DNA from: an uncultured delta proteobacterium
GTDB lineage: Bacteria > Myxococcota_A > Polyangia > Fen-1088
DNA: 64,000 nt
Direction: 5' to 3'
Assembly (NCBI GenBank): GCA_963737265.1
Contig: CAVTRY010000016.1
Coordinates: 352,001 to 416,000, forward strand
Translations under genes and position numbers: made by a program
Notes under the pieces: model-generated
Told to the model about the DNA's origin: nothing
Seen by the model: the letters and a program-made list of their open reading frames with translations, nothing else
The model's database searches: none
Shown: in pieces, positions 15,818-25,445 of the stretch
Layout of the letters: each line of letters begins with the position of its first letter
Numbering within the stretch: the first letter of the stretch is position 1

Positions 15818-18800
15818 ATGACCAATCGCACCACGCCGCCCCTGGACAGCGCACAGGCCCACGAGCTCCTCGATAGGTGGAATCCCCGACGGTCGTTTGA
15901 CCCCGGCCCGTGCTTGCACGAGCGATTCGAGGCCGTGGCGACCGCGCGGCCCAATGCGGCGGCGTTGGCCTTCGAGAATGACCGCATGACGTATGCGGAC
16001 CTCAATCGCCGCGCCAACCAGTTGGCCCACACGCTTTTGGCCCGGGGCGTGGGACCGGACGCCTTGGTCGGGTTGTGCGCCGAACGATCCCTCGACTTGG
16101 TGGTGGGTCTGCTCGGCATCCTCAAGGCCGGCGGCGCCTACGTGCCGCTCGATCCGAGCTATCCCGCCGACCGGCTTCGCCACATGCTCGACGATTCGGG
16201 CATCACGGTCTTGGTGACTCAAAAGGGCGCGGCGCCGGATCTTCAGGCCGCGGCCGTCGCCAAGGGCGCGGCGGTCGTGCGCCTCGATGGTGAGCTTTCC
16301 GGCAACACCGCCAATCCCGCCCACCTTACCCGTTCCGAGAATCTGGCGTACGTCATCTACACCTCCGGCTCCACCGGCAAGCCCAAGGGTGCGCCCATCA
16401 GCCACGGCAACGTCACCCGGCTTTTCGCCGCCACCGACGCGTGGTTCGGGTTCAAGGACAGCGACGTTTGGACGCTCTTCCACTCGTACGCCTTCGACTT
16501 CTCGGTCTGGGAATTGTGGGGCGCTCTTCTCCACGGTGGCCGCCTGGTCGTCGTGCCCTATCTCGTCAGCCGATCGCCGGATGCGTTCTACGCCCTGCTG
16601 GGTTCGCAAGGCGTGACCGTGCTCAACCAAACGCCGTCCGCCTTCCGCCAGCTCGTGCAGGCCGAGATCGACGCCCCGGCCAAACAGAACCTCGCCCTGC
16701 GCACCGTAATCTTCGGCGGCGAAGCTCTGGAATTGCAGGGGCTGCGTCCCTGGTTCGAGCGCCACGGCGACGAACGGCCGCGCCTGGTCAACATGTACGG
16801 CATCACTGAAACCTGCGTGCATGTGACCTACCGGCCCATCACCGCGCAGGACGTGCGCGACGGGCAGGGCAGCGTCATCGGCGAGCCTCTCCTCGATCTG
16901 CAAATCTATCTGCTCGACGAAGAACAGCACCTGGTGCCGGCCGGCGAGCCGGGCGAAATCTACGTGGGCGGCGCCGGCCTTGGAAGAGGCTATCTCAACC
17001 GTCCCGAGTTGACGGCCGAGCGCTTTCCTACCTTGTCGCTGGCCGGACGGCCGCCGGAGCGACTTTACCGCAGCGGCGATCTGGCGCGGCGGCTGCCGTC
17101 CGGCGACCTCGAGTATCTTGGCCGCATCGATCACCAGGTCAAGCTGCGCGGCTTCCGCGTCGAGCTGGGAGAAATCGAGTCGGTGTTGGCGCAGGACGCA
17201 GACGTGCGCGAGGTGGTGGTGTTGGCCCGGCAAGACGAACCGGGCGATCAGCGCCTGGTCGCGTATCTGTCCATGCGCCAGCGCGTCGAGGTGGACGAAA
17301 GCGGCGTCATCGAGCGCCTGCGTGCGCTCGCGCGGGCGCGGCTGCCCGAGTACATGGTGCCGTCGGCGTTCGTCTTTCTTGGCGCCTTGCCGCTCACCGA
17401 AAACGGGAAGGTCGATCGCCGCGCGCTGCCCGCACCCAAAAGCTCACGTGGCGATCGGGACCGCCCGTTCGCCGCGCCTCGGTCGGCGACCGAAATCGCC
17501 ATCGCGGAGGTCTGGCGGCGGATCCTGCGCCTCGATCGAGTCGGCGCGGACGAGAGTTTTTTCGACCTGGGCGGCACGTCCCTGCTTGCCGTGCGGGCCG
17601 CGGGCGAGGTGCGGCGGCGCCTGGGCGTGGACGTGCCCGTGGTCAAGATGTTCGAGCATCCGGTCCTGCAAGACCTGGCGCGCGTCTTGGAGGTCACGGG
17701 CAAGAACCACGGATCGGTGGCGCCGAGACCGCGCCGGCGAGCCCTGACGCAGGGCCAAGCCGAACGGGACATCGCGATCATCGGCATGGCGGGGCGCTTC
17801 CCGGGCGCGCCCGACGTGGCGACGCTGTGGCGGCACCTGCTCGATGGTGTCGATTCGGTGACTTTCTTCTCCCCCGACGAGCTGGATCCACGCGAGCGCG
17901 AAGCGAGCACGCTGCCCGACTACGTGCGGGCGCGCGGCATTCTCGCCGACGCGGACAAGTTCGACGCCGAATTTTTCGGCGAGAACGCACGCATCGCGGA
18001 CATCACCGATCCGCAGCAGAGGGTGCTGCTCGAACTAGCGTGGGCGGCGCTGGAAGATGCGGGCGTGGTGCCGGAGCGCTACGACGGTCTTGTCGGTGTC
18101 TACGCCGGCACCGGTCACAACACCTATTTCAGCCGCAACGTCCTGCGGGCTCCCGAGCGCGTCGAGGCCGTGGGCGAGCTGCAAACCCTGCTCGCCAACG
18201 ACAAGGATTTCGTCGCCACGCGAATCGCGCACAAGTTGAACCTGCGCGGACCGGCGCTCAGCCTGCACACCGCATGTTCGACTTCGCTGGTGGCGACGAG
18301 CGTGGCCGTGCACGGCCTGCGCGCCTATGAATGCGACATCGCCCTGGCCGGCGCCGTGTCGGTGACGGTTCCCCAGGCGAGCGGCCACATCTATCAAGAG
18401 GGTGCCATGTTGTCCGCCGATGGTTACACCCGGACGTTCGACGCCAAGGCCACCGGCACCGTGTTCAGCGACGGCGGTGGCGTGGTCGTTCTCAAACGAC
18501 TGGCCGACGCACGCGCCGACGGCGACCGCATCTACGCCGTGATTCGCGGCGCCGCCACCAACAACGACGGCGCCGGCAAGGCCAGCTTCATGGCGCCGAG
18601 CGTGTCCGGACAAGCCGCCGTCATCGCTGCCGCGCAAGAAGATGCCGGCGTCGATCCCGAATCCATCAGCTACGTCGAAGCGCATGGCACCGCAACCCCG
18701 CTCGGCGATCCCATCGAAGTGGAAGCCCTCACGCGCGCGTTCCGGCTGCGCACGGCGAAAAATGGCTTCTGTTCCATCGGCTCGGTAAAGAGCAATCTCG

Positions 18801-20587
18801 GCCACCTGACCGCCGGCTCGGGCGTCACCGGCCTCATCAAGACCGCGCTCTCGCTTTGGTCGCGGACGTTGGTTCCTTCGATCCACTTCGAGTCCCCCAA
18901 TCCCAACATCGATTTCGCGAGCTCGCCCTTCCGCGTGCAGACCGCGCGCGAGCCGTGGACACGCGCGGAAGCAAGCACGCCCCTGCGCGCGGGCGTGAGC
19001 TCGTTTGGCGTGGGCGGCACCAACGCCCACCTCGTTCTCGAAGAAGCACCCGCGGCGCCAGAGGCGGGCCCCCAGCGCGGCTGCCACCTGCTCACCCTGT
19101 CGGCGAAAAGCGAAAGCGCGCTCGAAGAAGCGACCCGCCGTCTGGCAGCGTGGCTCGGCGACAACCCCCAGGCGAATCTGGCGGATGTCGCGTACACATT
19201 GCAGGAACGGCGAGCCGCGTTTCCGCGCCGGCGCTTCTTGGTCGCGAAAGACAGCGCGGATGCATCGGCGTCGCTGGCGAAGCTGCCGCCAGCCCGCTCG
19301 GGCACGCGAATGGCCGAGGCGCGCGCGCCCGAGGTGGCCTTCCTGTTTCCTGGCCAGGGCAGCCAGTATGTCAACATGGGGCGCGGTCTGTACCAAAGCG
19401 AGCCCGTGGTCCGCCAAGCCATCGATGCCTGCGCCGAGATCTTGCGCGAACCACTCGGCGAGGATTTGCGCGGTGTACTTTTCGCCGAACCCGGAACCGA
19501 GGCGGAGGCGCAAGCAAAGTTGCAACAGACGCGCTACACGCAGCCCGCGCTTTTTACCCTCGAATATGCGCTCGCCATGTGGTGGCAAAGCGCCGGCGTT
19601 CGGCCGGCCGGCATGCTTGGACACAGCGTGGGCGAGTTCGTGGCCGCGCATCTGGCTGGCGTGTTCAGCCTGGAAGATGGCCTGCTTCTTGTCGCCGAGC
19701 GGGCCGCGCTCATGCAGTCGATGCCGCCGGGATCCATGCTGGCGGTGCGAGCGCCCGCCGCGCAGATCGAGGCGCGGCTTCCCGAGGAGTTGGCGCTGGC
19801 GGCGAGCAACGGACCCGCGCTGTGCGTGGTAGCGGGCCCGCACGTCGCCGTCGCGGCCTTCGCCAAGGTGCTGGAAGGCGAGCGCATTCCCAGTCGCGCG
19901 CTGCAAACCTCCCATGCCTTCCACTCCCCCATGATGGAGCCCGTGGTCGAGCCACTGGCCGCGGTCGCGCGCAAGCTCACCTTGTCGCCGCCACAAATTC
20001 CCTTTGTCTCCAGCGTCTCGGGCGATTGGATCACCGCCCTGCAGGCCACGTCCCCCGACTATTGGGCGCGCCACCTGCGCGTTCCCGTGCGCTTCGCCGA
20101 GGGATTGCAGACCTTGTGGGCGGATCCCACCCGCGTGCTGCTCGAAGCGGGTCCGCGCGCCACCAACACCACCATGGCCAAGCAGATGGCGAAAGATTCC
20201 GCGCGCCAGCTCGCCGTCGCCTCCCTGTCCGACCAGCCGGAGCTCGAGGTTGAATCGCTCCTGCGCGCCGCCGGAATGTTGTGGAGCGCGGGCGTGGCCG
20301 TGGACTTCCGCGCGCTCAACGCCATCGGCGTTCGCCACCACGTCTCGCTGCCAACCTATCCCTTCGAGCGGCAGCGGCACTGGATCGAGCCCAACCGCGA
20401 GACGGCGACCGCACCATCGGGAGAAGCGGCCGTCCAACCATCGGCCGATGAGGCCAGCCAACCATCGACCGTCCCTGACGCCGTCGCGCCTGCCCCGACC
20501 GGCGAAAGTCTGGCGTGGCTTTTCGACGAACAGATGCAAGTCATGGAAGCGCAGCTAACCTTGCTGGAGGCGAACAGGAAGTCGTAG
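15818..20587 (+). CDS. Hybrid NRPS-PKS loading/extension protein A(Thr)-PCP-KS-AT, no terminal ACP
   Basis: A: YTSGSTGKPKG, FDFSVWEL, NMYGITETCVH (code DFWNIGMVHK = Thr). PCP FFDLGGTSL. KS HTACSTS/HGTAT/NLGHL. AT GQGSQ, GHSVG, HAFH (malonyl type). Confidence 0.95.
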   Translation: MTNRTTPPLDSAQAHELLDRWNPRRSFDPGPCLHERFEAVATARPNAAALAFENDRMTYADLNRRANQLAHTLLARGVGPDALVGLCAERSLDLVVGLLGILKAGGAYVPLDPSYPADRLRHMLDDSGITVLVTQKGAAPDLQAAAVAKGAAVVRLDGELSGNTANPAHLTRSENLAYVIYTSGSTGKPKGAPISHGNVTRLFAATDAWFGFKDSDVWTLFHSYAFDFSVWELWGALLHGGRLVVVPYLVSRSPDAFYALLGSQGVTVLNQTPSAFRQLVQAEIDAPAKQNLALRTVIFGGEALELQGLRPWFERHGDERPRLVNMYGITETCVHVTYRPITAQDVRDGQGSVIGEPLLDLQIYLLDEEQHLVPAGEPGEIYVGGAGLGRGYLNRPELTAERFPTLSLAGRPPERLYRSGDLARRLPSGDLEYLGRIDHQVKLRGFRVELGEIESVLAQDADVREVVVLARQDEPGDQRLVAYLSMRQRVEVDESGVIERLRALARARLPEYMVPSAFVFLGALPLTENGKVDRRALPAPKSSRGDRDRPFAAPRSATEIAIAEVWRRILRLDRVGADESFFDLGGTSLLAVRAAGEVRRRLGVDVPVVKMFEHPVLQDLARVLEVTGKNHGSVAPRPRRRALTQGQAERDIAIIGMAGRFPGAPDVATLWRHLLDGVDSVTFFSPDELDPREREASTLPDYVRARGILADADKFDAEFFGENARIADITDPQQRVLLELAWAALEDAGVVPERYDGLVGVYAGTGHNTYFSRNVLRAPERVEAVGELQTLLANDKDFVATRIAHKLNLRGPALSLHTACSTSLVATSVAVHGLRAYECDIALAGAVSVTVPQASGHIYQEGAMLSADGYTRTFDAKATGTVFSDGGGVVVLKRLADARADGDRIYAVIRGAATNNDGAGKASFMAPSVSGQAAVIAAAQEDAGVDPESISYVEAHGTATPLGDPIEVEALTRAFRLRTAKNGFCSIGSVKSNLGHLTAGSGVTGLIKTALSLWSRTLVPSIHFESPNPNIDFASSPFRVQTAREPWTRAEASTPLRAGVSSFGVGGTNAHLVLEEAPAAPEAGPQRGCHLLTLSAKSESALEEATRRLAAWLGDNPQANLADVAYTLQERRAAFPRRRFLVAKDSADASASLAKLPPARSGTRMAEARAPEVAFLFPGQGSQYVNMGRGLYQSEPVVRQAIDACAEILREPLGEDLRGVLFAEPGTEAEAQAKLQQTRYTQPALFTLEYALAMWWQSAGVRPAGMLGHSVGEFVAAHLAGVFSLEDGLLLVAERAALMQSMPPGSMLAVRAPAAQIEARLPEELALAASNGPALCVVAGPHVAVAAFAKVLEGERIPSRALQTSHAFHSPMMEPVVEPLAAVARKLTLSPPQIPFVSSVSGDWITALQATSPDYWARHLRVPVRFAEGLQTLWADPTRVLLEAGPRATNTTMAKQMAKDSARQLAVASLSDQPELEVESLLRAAGMLWSAGVAVDFRALNAIGVRHHVSLPTYPFERQRHWIEPNRETATAPSGEAAVQPSADEASQPSTVPDAVAPAPTGESLAWLFDEQMQVMEAQLTLLEANRKS

Positions 20588-20623
20588 CTGCCATCACGGT
20601 CAGAACGACGATCCTGAGCGGCC

Positions 20624-20970
20624 GTGGTCCAGCGTCAGGTCCACGGCGCGCTATGGCTTCTCTATGCAGCGAAGCGGATACTATCGAAACACGAACAACT
20701 TGCCGAAAAGGTCTTGGCAGCATTTCAAGGGGAAGAGAAGCGGCTGATTCAGCGGCTCATCAGAGCAACAGTTACTGGCCTTCAGGGGGAGCTTGCGACT
20801 ATTCTCGCCTACAATCGCGCGGCGACACTGGCAGAACACTTAGTGCGTGCGTTCGACGCAGAACTGTTGGCACAAGGCATTGGGGCGGTGACGTTGATCT
20901 ACGACGCGCTTGATGTCGGATTTGGCTCTGACGAGAAGTCGATTGAGATGCGCGGCCGATTCGTTAGTGA
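20624..20970 (+). pseudogene. Lower-GC gene fragment, possibly from a P-loop ATPase
   Basis: Protein-like helical stretch ending VTLIYDALDVGF (Walker-B-like); no good start, and the frame degenerates after ~20970. Confidence 0.3.
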
Positions 20971-21115
20971 GGAGCGACGAAAGGTGGTCGTTTTCGTTTT
21001 CGTGATCGTCCACGTGGCAGTGGCCCTGGCCGAGCAAGATCACGCCGGCCGCGACCTCGGCCACGACCACCTTATTCATCCAGCGGGTGATGGCTTCGTC
21101 GCACAAAAGGCGGAC

Positions 21116-21706
21116 TTACTCTGCGTCTGCCCCGACCTCGGCCGTCGCCCTGCCAAGGAGATCGGTCACTGCAAGTCTGACGGCCCAGTCGTGCAAGTAG
21201 GCCAGGTCCAGGCTGCCCCGCTGTGCGCGTAGGACGCCGAGGATGTCGCGCCACTGGCGATCCGAGACCTCGCCGCCTTGGCGAAACCAGAGCATCTTGC
21301 GCAAGATGGTGTCTTCGGGTGCCTTGATCATGAGGGTGCGGCCAGCACGAACCACGACCGGCCGACAGCGTGAGAACTCGGATTCATCGTAGGGGCCGTG
21401 GGGGTGCCCGAATAGGTCGATCTTCAACACCAGCGGCAGATAGAAGACGTTTGCAGATCTGCCGTGCAGGATGGCGTCTCGTAGCATGTCGCCGTCGACT
21501 TCGAAGTCCGCGCCAAGCAGTTCACCAAACTCGCGCACTTTCCCGACGGCCATGTCGATAACGAAGTCGATGTCGTTGGTGGCGCGCGGTTCGCCATCGA
21601 TCGAGCTGGCCAGACTTCCGCCAACGAAATAGGACGCGCCAACCTTCTCCAGCACCTCCGCGACCCGCAATGCGATGTCGACGACGTCTTCAAGCCTGTC
21701 GCTCAT
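21116..21706 (-). CDS. Nucleotidyltransferase-fold protein, MenT1-like toxin candidate
   Basis: YFVGGSLASSIDGEPRATNDIDFV (GG...DxD), KIDLF, PEDTILRK, RQWRDI; ATGA-coupled to a small upstream gene. Confidence 0.75.
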   Translation of the reverse strand: MSDRLEDVVDIALRVAEVLEKVGASYFVGGSLASSIDGEPRATNDIDFVIDMAVGKVREFGELLGADFEVDGDMLRDAILHGRSANVFYLPLVLKIDLFGHPHGPYDESEFSRCRPVVVRAGRTLMIKAPEDTILRKMLWFRQGGEVSDRQWRDILGVLRAQRGSLDLAYLHDWAVRLAVTDLLGRATAEVGADAE

Positions 21707-21954
21707 GCCGCGCGTCCCGCGAACACGCGCCGAGCCACCTCGGCACCGTAAAGGCGCTCGGCAAGCTTCTGGCGAAGCTCGTCGTCCGAGAGAAGTCGGT
21801 CGGGATGCGACTGTTTGATACCGGCAAGGGCAAGCTCTCGCGTGGCTCGGGACAGGCGGAGGCAGATCGCAAGCCGCCTTTCGGGCCCTGCTTGGCGCAA
21901 GAGCTCGAAGTATCTGGCGTTTGCCTTGGGCGAGGTGTCGCGCACGAGGGCCAA
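21703..21954 (-). CDS. Small helical protein, MenA1-like antitoxin candidate
   Basis: ~80 aa, DTSP...PERRLAICLRLSRATRELALAGIKQSHP...ELRQKLAERLYG; overlaps the NTase start. Start may be GTG at 21945. Confidence 0.65.
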   Translation of the reverse strand: MALVRDTSPKANARYFELLRQAGPERRLAICLRLSRATRELALAGIKQSHPDRLLSDDELRQKLAERLYGAEVARRVFAGRAA

Positions 21955-21959
21955 TTTAC

Positions 21960-22420
21960 CACGCGGTGCTGCTAGGGATCGTTTTGATGGATGATGGCCG
22001 ACGCGAACACGAGGTCGTGGCCGCCAGGCAGCTCGTCGCTGTAGAAGTCCCCGGAGGCGAGCGTCACCCGATCGAGCACGCCGGCTTCACGCAACCGTTC
22101 GCGCGCCAGCTCGACCACCGGCGCGCGGTCGAAGAGCGTGGCCCGCATTTAGGGCGAGGCCGCGAGGAACGCGAGCGTGTACGTTCCCGAGGCGCCACCC
22201 ACGTCGAGCAAGCGCCTGCTTGCACCGGGCTTGACGATCTCGACGATGCGTGCCGCGAGCGGCGCGGCGATGACATGCATGCCGCCAATGAACGACAGGA
22301 GCGACGGTTCGTCAATCTTCATTTCGGCCTGCGGACCTGCCACCGCGCGCGTGAGCCCGGCCCAGCGGCCCCAGAGGATTGCGTTGTGGCGGACCATGGG
22401 CAAGACGGACCCAGGGCGGC
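21960..22420 (-). pseudogene. O-methyltransferase (class I SAM) pseudogene
   Basis: FIGGMH, LLDVGGASGTY, then in-frame TAA at 22149-22151, continuing in frame MRATLFDRAPVV...GDFYSDELPGGHDLVFASAIIHQNDP and a second stop (TAG); both ends truncated. Confidence 0.85.
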
Positions 22421-22428
22421 CGCGACCG

Positions 22429-23160
22429 TCACTTTCGCCGCAGCCCGTATTTCGTCAAGCAATAGAGCGCGCGGAAGGCATCCTTGAGCCCGACCTTCTT
22501 GCCTTCGTCGTACTTTCGACCGCGATAGGAAATCGGGACCTCGTAGATGCGCACGTCGCGCTGGCGCGAAAGTTTGACGGTGATCTCGGGCTCGAAGCCG
22601 AAGCGGTTTTCCTCAATGGCGATGGACTGGATAACCTCGCGGCGGAAGGCCTTGTAGCAAGTCTCCATGTCACTCAGGTTCAGGTTGGTCACCATGTTGG
22701 ATAGGGTCGTCAGCATTGCGTTTCCAACCGCGTGCCAGTAGTAAAGCACGCGGCGGGATCCGCCCATGAAGCGCGAGCCGTACACCACGTCGGCGTGGCC
22801 CTCGATGATGGGGGCGATGACCTGGGGGATCTCGCGCGGGTCGTATTCCAAGTCCGCGTCTTGCACGATGACGATGTCGCCGGTCGCTTCCTGGAATCCG
22901 CGGCGCAGCGCCGCGCCCTTGCCCTGGTTCTTCTCCTGCAGGAAGATGCGCACGCCGGTCAGGCCCGTCGCTTCGTCGACCAGCAGGTCGCGCGTGCCAT
23001 CGGTGGAGCCGTCGTCGACGACCAGGATCTCCTTGGCGAACGGGGCGGCGAGCACGCTGCGCAGAAGCTCCAGGATCGTCGCCTTCTCGTTGTAGCAAGG
23101 AACGACGACGCTGACGAGAGGGCTCGAATCGTTTGGATTGTCGTTCTTCACCGGTGTCAT
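22429..23160 (-). CDS. GT2 polyprenol-phosphate glycosyltransferase (DPM1-like)
   Basis: [52 protein letters not shown]. Confidence 0.93.
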   Translation of the reverse strand: MTPVKNDNPNDSSPLVSVVVPCYNEKATILELLRSVLAAPFAKEILVVDDGSTDGTRDLLVDEATGLTGVRIFLQEKNQGKGAALRRGFQEATGDIVIVQDADLEYDPREIPQVIAPIIEGHADVVYGSRFMGGSRRVLYYWHAVGNAMLTTLSNMVTNLNLSDMETCYKAFRREVIQSIAIEENRFGFEPEITVKLSRQRDVRIYEVPISYRGRKYDEGKKVGLKDAFRALYCLTKYGLRRK

Positions 23161-23286
23161 GCTAACTCGATCCAGCGGTCGTTGTCACCGAATCGCCTGT
23201 CGCGGAACCGACTGTCCGAATCGACTTGCCCGGGCCGCTCGCAAACCGTAGAACGCTGGTGAGGTTGGCAAAAACGCCGGTCCAGC

Positions 23287-23919
23287 ATGGAATCCAACGC
23301 AAAGCCCGCGCCCTCGGCGACGCCCGCGCAAGTGACTCGCGGGCACGGCCTGCTCGAAGGCTGGCTGGCGAAAGAGCGCGCCAAGCAGGCGAATCTGCTT
23401 ATCCCAGAGCACTTGCGCGAGGGACGCATCCTCGACATTGGCTGCGGCAGCCATCCCTATTTTCTGGCGCACACGACCTTCCGCGAAAAATACTCGCTCG
23501 ACCAGATTGAGATGCCCGCCGAGACCGCGGCCCAGCATCGCATCACCCACCGCACCCACGATCTCGACCAGGATCCCACGCTGCCGTTCGACGACGGAAC
23601 GTTCAGTGCCATCACGTTACTGGCCGTGATCGAGCACGTTGAGCCCGACATCGCGATCCGCTTTCTGCGCGAGACTTACCGCGCGCTGGTTCCCGGCGGC
23701 CGCCTGATCGTCACCACCCCCGCGGCGTGGACCGACGGGCTGCTGCACCTGCTGGCCAAGCTTCGCTTCGTCAGCCCCGAGGAAATTCACGAGCACGCCT
23801 TCGCCTATACCCTGCCTACGCTCGGCCGCTGTCTGGGCCAGGCTGGATTCGAGCTGAAGCATGTCCGGTGCGGCCGTTTCGAGCTGGGGATGAACTTGTG
23901 GGCCGTAGGAGAAAGGTAG
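23287..23919 (+). CDS. Class I SAM-dependent methyltransferase
   Basis: ILDIGCG, LPFDDGTF, AVIEHV, LVPGGRLIVTTP. Confidence 0.88.
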   Translation: MESNAKPAPSATPAQVTRGHGLLEGWLAKERAKQANLLIPEHLREGRILDIGCGSHPYFLAHTTFREKYSLDQIEMPAETAAQHRITHRTHDLDQDPTLPFDDGTFSAITLLAVIEHVEPDIAIRFLRETYRALVPGGRLIVTTPAAWTDGLLHLLAKLRFVSPEEIHEHAFAYTLPTLGRCLGQAGFELKHVRCGRFELGMNLWAVGER

Positions 23920-23944
23920 CCGTGGAGCTCCTCGCGGCTCGATT

Positions 23945-25411
23945 TCAGGCCTGCTCCACCTTGCCAGCGAACGGTCGCAAGCCGGGTTCAATATCCTCGA
24001 TCGCATCGCCGAAGGAGACCAGCACGCAGGCGAAGGCCACCAGCATCACCCGATCGGCGGAGGCCGAGATCTGCCACCGATAGTCGAACGGGGTCATGAG
24101 GTAGACAAGGCAAAGCAGCGCGAAGTAACAGGTGCCGCAGAGCAGGCACGCGAAGTTCAGAAGCTGAAGTCGCCGACTCGCCACCAAAGCGACCGCCTTG
24201 GCGATGCCCGTCGCGCCGAGCAGCCACAGGAAACGCGTGGTCGCGAGGTCGAACCAGCGCGACCCGGGCGCCAGCAGCGAACTGGTAATGGGGCCGAGCG
24301 CTCCAGCGCGCGCGCGCGACCAAGCGCGCGCGAAGGTCGCGTGATTAATTTGCAGGTAGCTTTGTAGTCCCCAGCGACGCTCGAGGCCACCCCACAACGC
24401 CCATGGAGCAACCGCCAAGGCAACCACGAAGAAGGTGAATGGAGTGCTAAGAGCGGTCTTCGCGTAGGCGCGCACGCGGGAAGAAAGGACCAAGGGAGCC
24501 ACGACCACCAGCAAGGAAAGCGCGAAGAGAAGTCCCTCTTCCTTGGTCGCGAGTCCGAGACCTATCAGAACCAGGGCGTGCTGGGCATCGCGTGGCTCCC
24601 CGTGACGCAGCCAGCGCAGCATCGCCGTAAGCGCCCCGGCGGCGGCCAGCGCCGTGTACACGTCAGTGTATCCGTCGTGGACAATCGCTCCCCCCGCCAG
24701 GAAGGCGATAATCATGACCGCCGCCGCGCCCACCGAAGCCCGCCCGCGCGGTCCGGCTAGCAAGGCGAGCAGATAGCAAGCAAGCGGTGGAACGAAGCCA
24801 AGCTTGGGGAGAAACTCGTTCCAATAGCCGAAACGGACCATCTCGGTGGCGGCCAGAATTGGCATCAACTTGGGATATTCCGGATGGGAAAACGAAATGG
24901 CCGGTTCTAGCCAGCCGGCATCGGAACGCAGCGCCCCTGCGTAGTAGATGATCTTGGCGTGAAAGAACCAAACCGATCGGGCGTCGTTGGCCCACAGCGG
25001 ATCCATGAGCATGACCCACGCCCCAACGCCGGTAACGATGAGACCGAGGAGAATCCAGGCCGCGGGAGCCGGAGCCATGGCGATCCGACCCCGCAGACGC
25101 CACAGCTGGAAGACGCCGAGCCCAAGCCCGATCGCGGCCAGGGCCACGCCGACATCGAGCACCGCCCGCAAGGGCAACCCCGTCATGACGGCGAGCGCGT
25201 GAACGAGAATCCCGAGTCCAAGTCGCAGCGACAAATCCCGCGCGGCCAGGCTCGCACGCTTCGCCCCGGCTTCGTCAACGACCGTACTTGCTCGGCGGCG
25301 AGACCCGCGTTCTAGAATCGCCGCAACGATCGCGGCGACCCCATGTCCCAGGCCCAAACAATAGAGCAGCGAGAGCAAGAGATGAAAGGCGAGAGCGCTG
25401 TTGGGTCCCAT
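23945..25411 (-). CDS. Polytopic membrane protein, GT-C-like
   Basis: About 12 hydrophobic helices; WANDARSVWFFHAK, HPEYPKL, GYTD, ATKEEG motifs. Confidence 0.7.
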   Translation of the reverse strand: MGPNSALAFHLLLSLLYCLGLGHGVAAIVAAILERGSRRRASTVVDEAGAKRASLAARDLSLRLGLGILVHALAVMTGLPLRAVLDVGVALAAIGLGLGVFQLWRLRGRIAMAPAPAAWILLGLIVTGVGAWVMLMDPLWANDARSVWFFHAKIIYYAGALRSDAGWLEPAISFSHPEYPKLMPILAATEMVRFGYWNEFLPKLGFVPPLACYLLALLAGPRGRASVGAAAVMIIAFLAGGAIVHDGYTDVYTALAAAGALTAMLRWLRHGEPRDAQHALVLIGLGLATKEEGLLFALSLLVVVAPLVLSSRVRAYAKTALSTPFTFFVVALAVAPWALWGGLERRWGLQSYLQINHATFARAWSRARAGALGPITSSLLAPGSRWFDLATTRFLWLLGATGIAKAVALVASRRLQLLNFACLLCGTCYFALLCLVYLMTPFDYRWQISASADRVMLVAFACVLVSFGDAIEDIEPGLRPFAGKVEQA

Positions 25412-25445
25412 GTCGTGACGGACTCTTTCTGGTGCAAGGGTGCGA

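Noticed and set aside
13467-20539. Long antisense or alternate-frame ORFs (13467-15335, 18035-20539, 18331-20253; also 45880-48276 and 48315-49982)
   Set aside because: Shadows of motif-bearing genes in high-GC DNA; they have no motifs of their own.
20624-21232. Intact 202-aa protein
   Set aside because: The 3' half is low-complexity and runs antisense into the NTase gene; only the first part looks coding.
21960-22420. Stop-codon readthrough or recoding in the methyltransferase
   Set aside because: Two different stops (TAA and TAG) plus truncation at both ends indicate a pseudogene.
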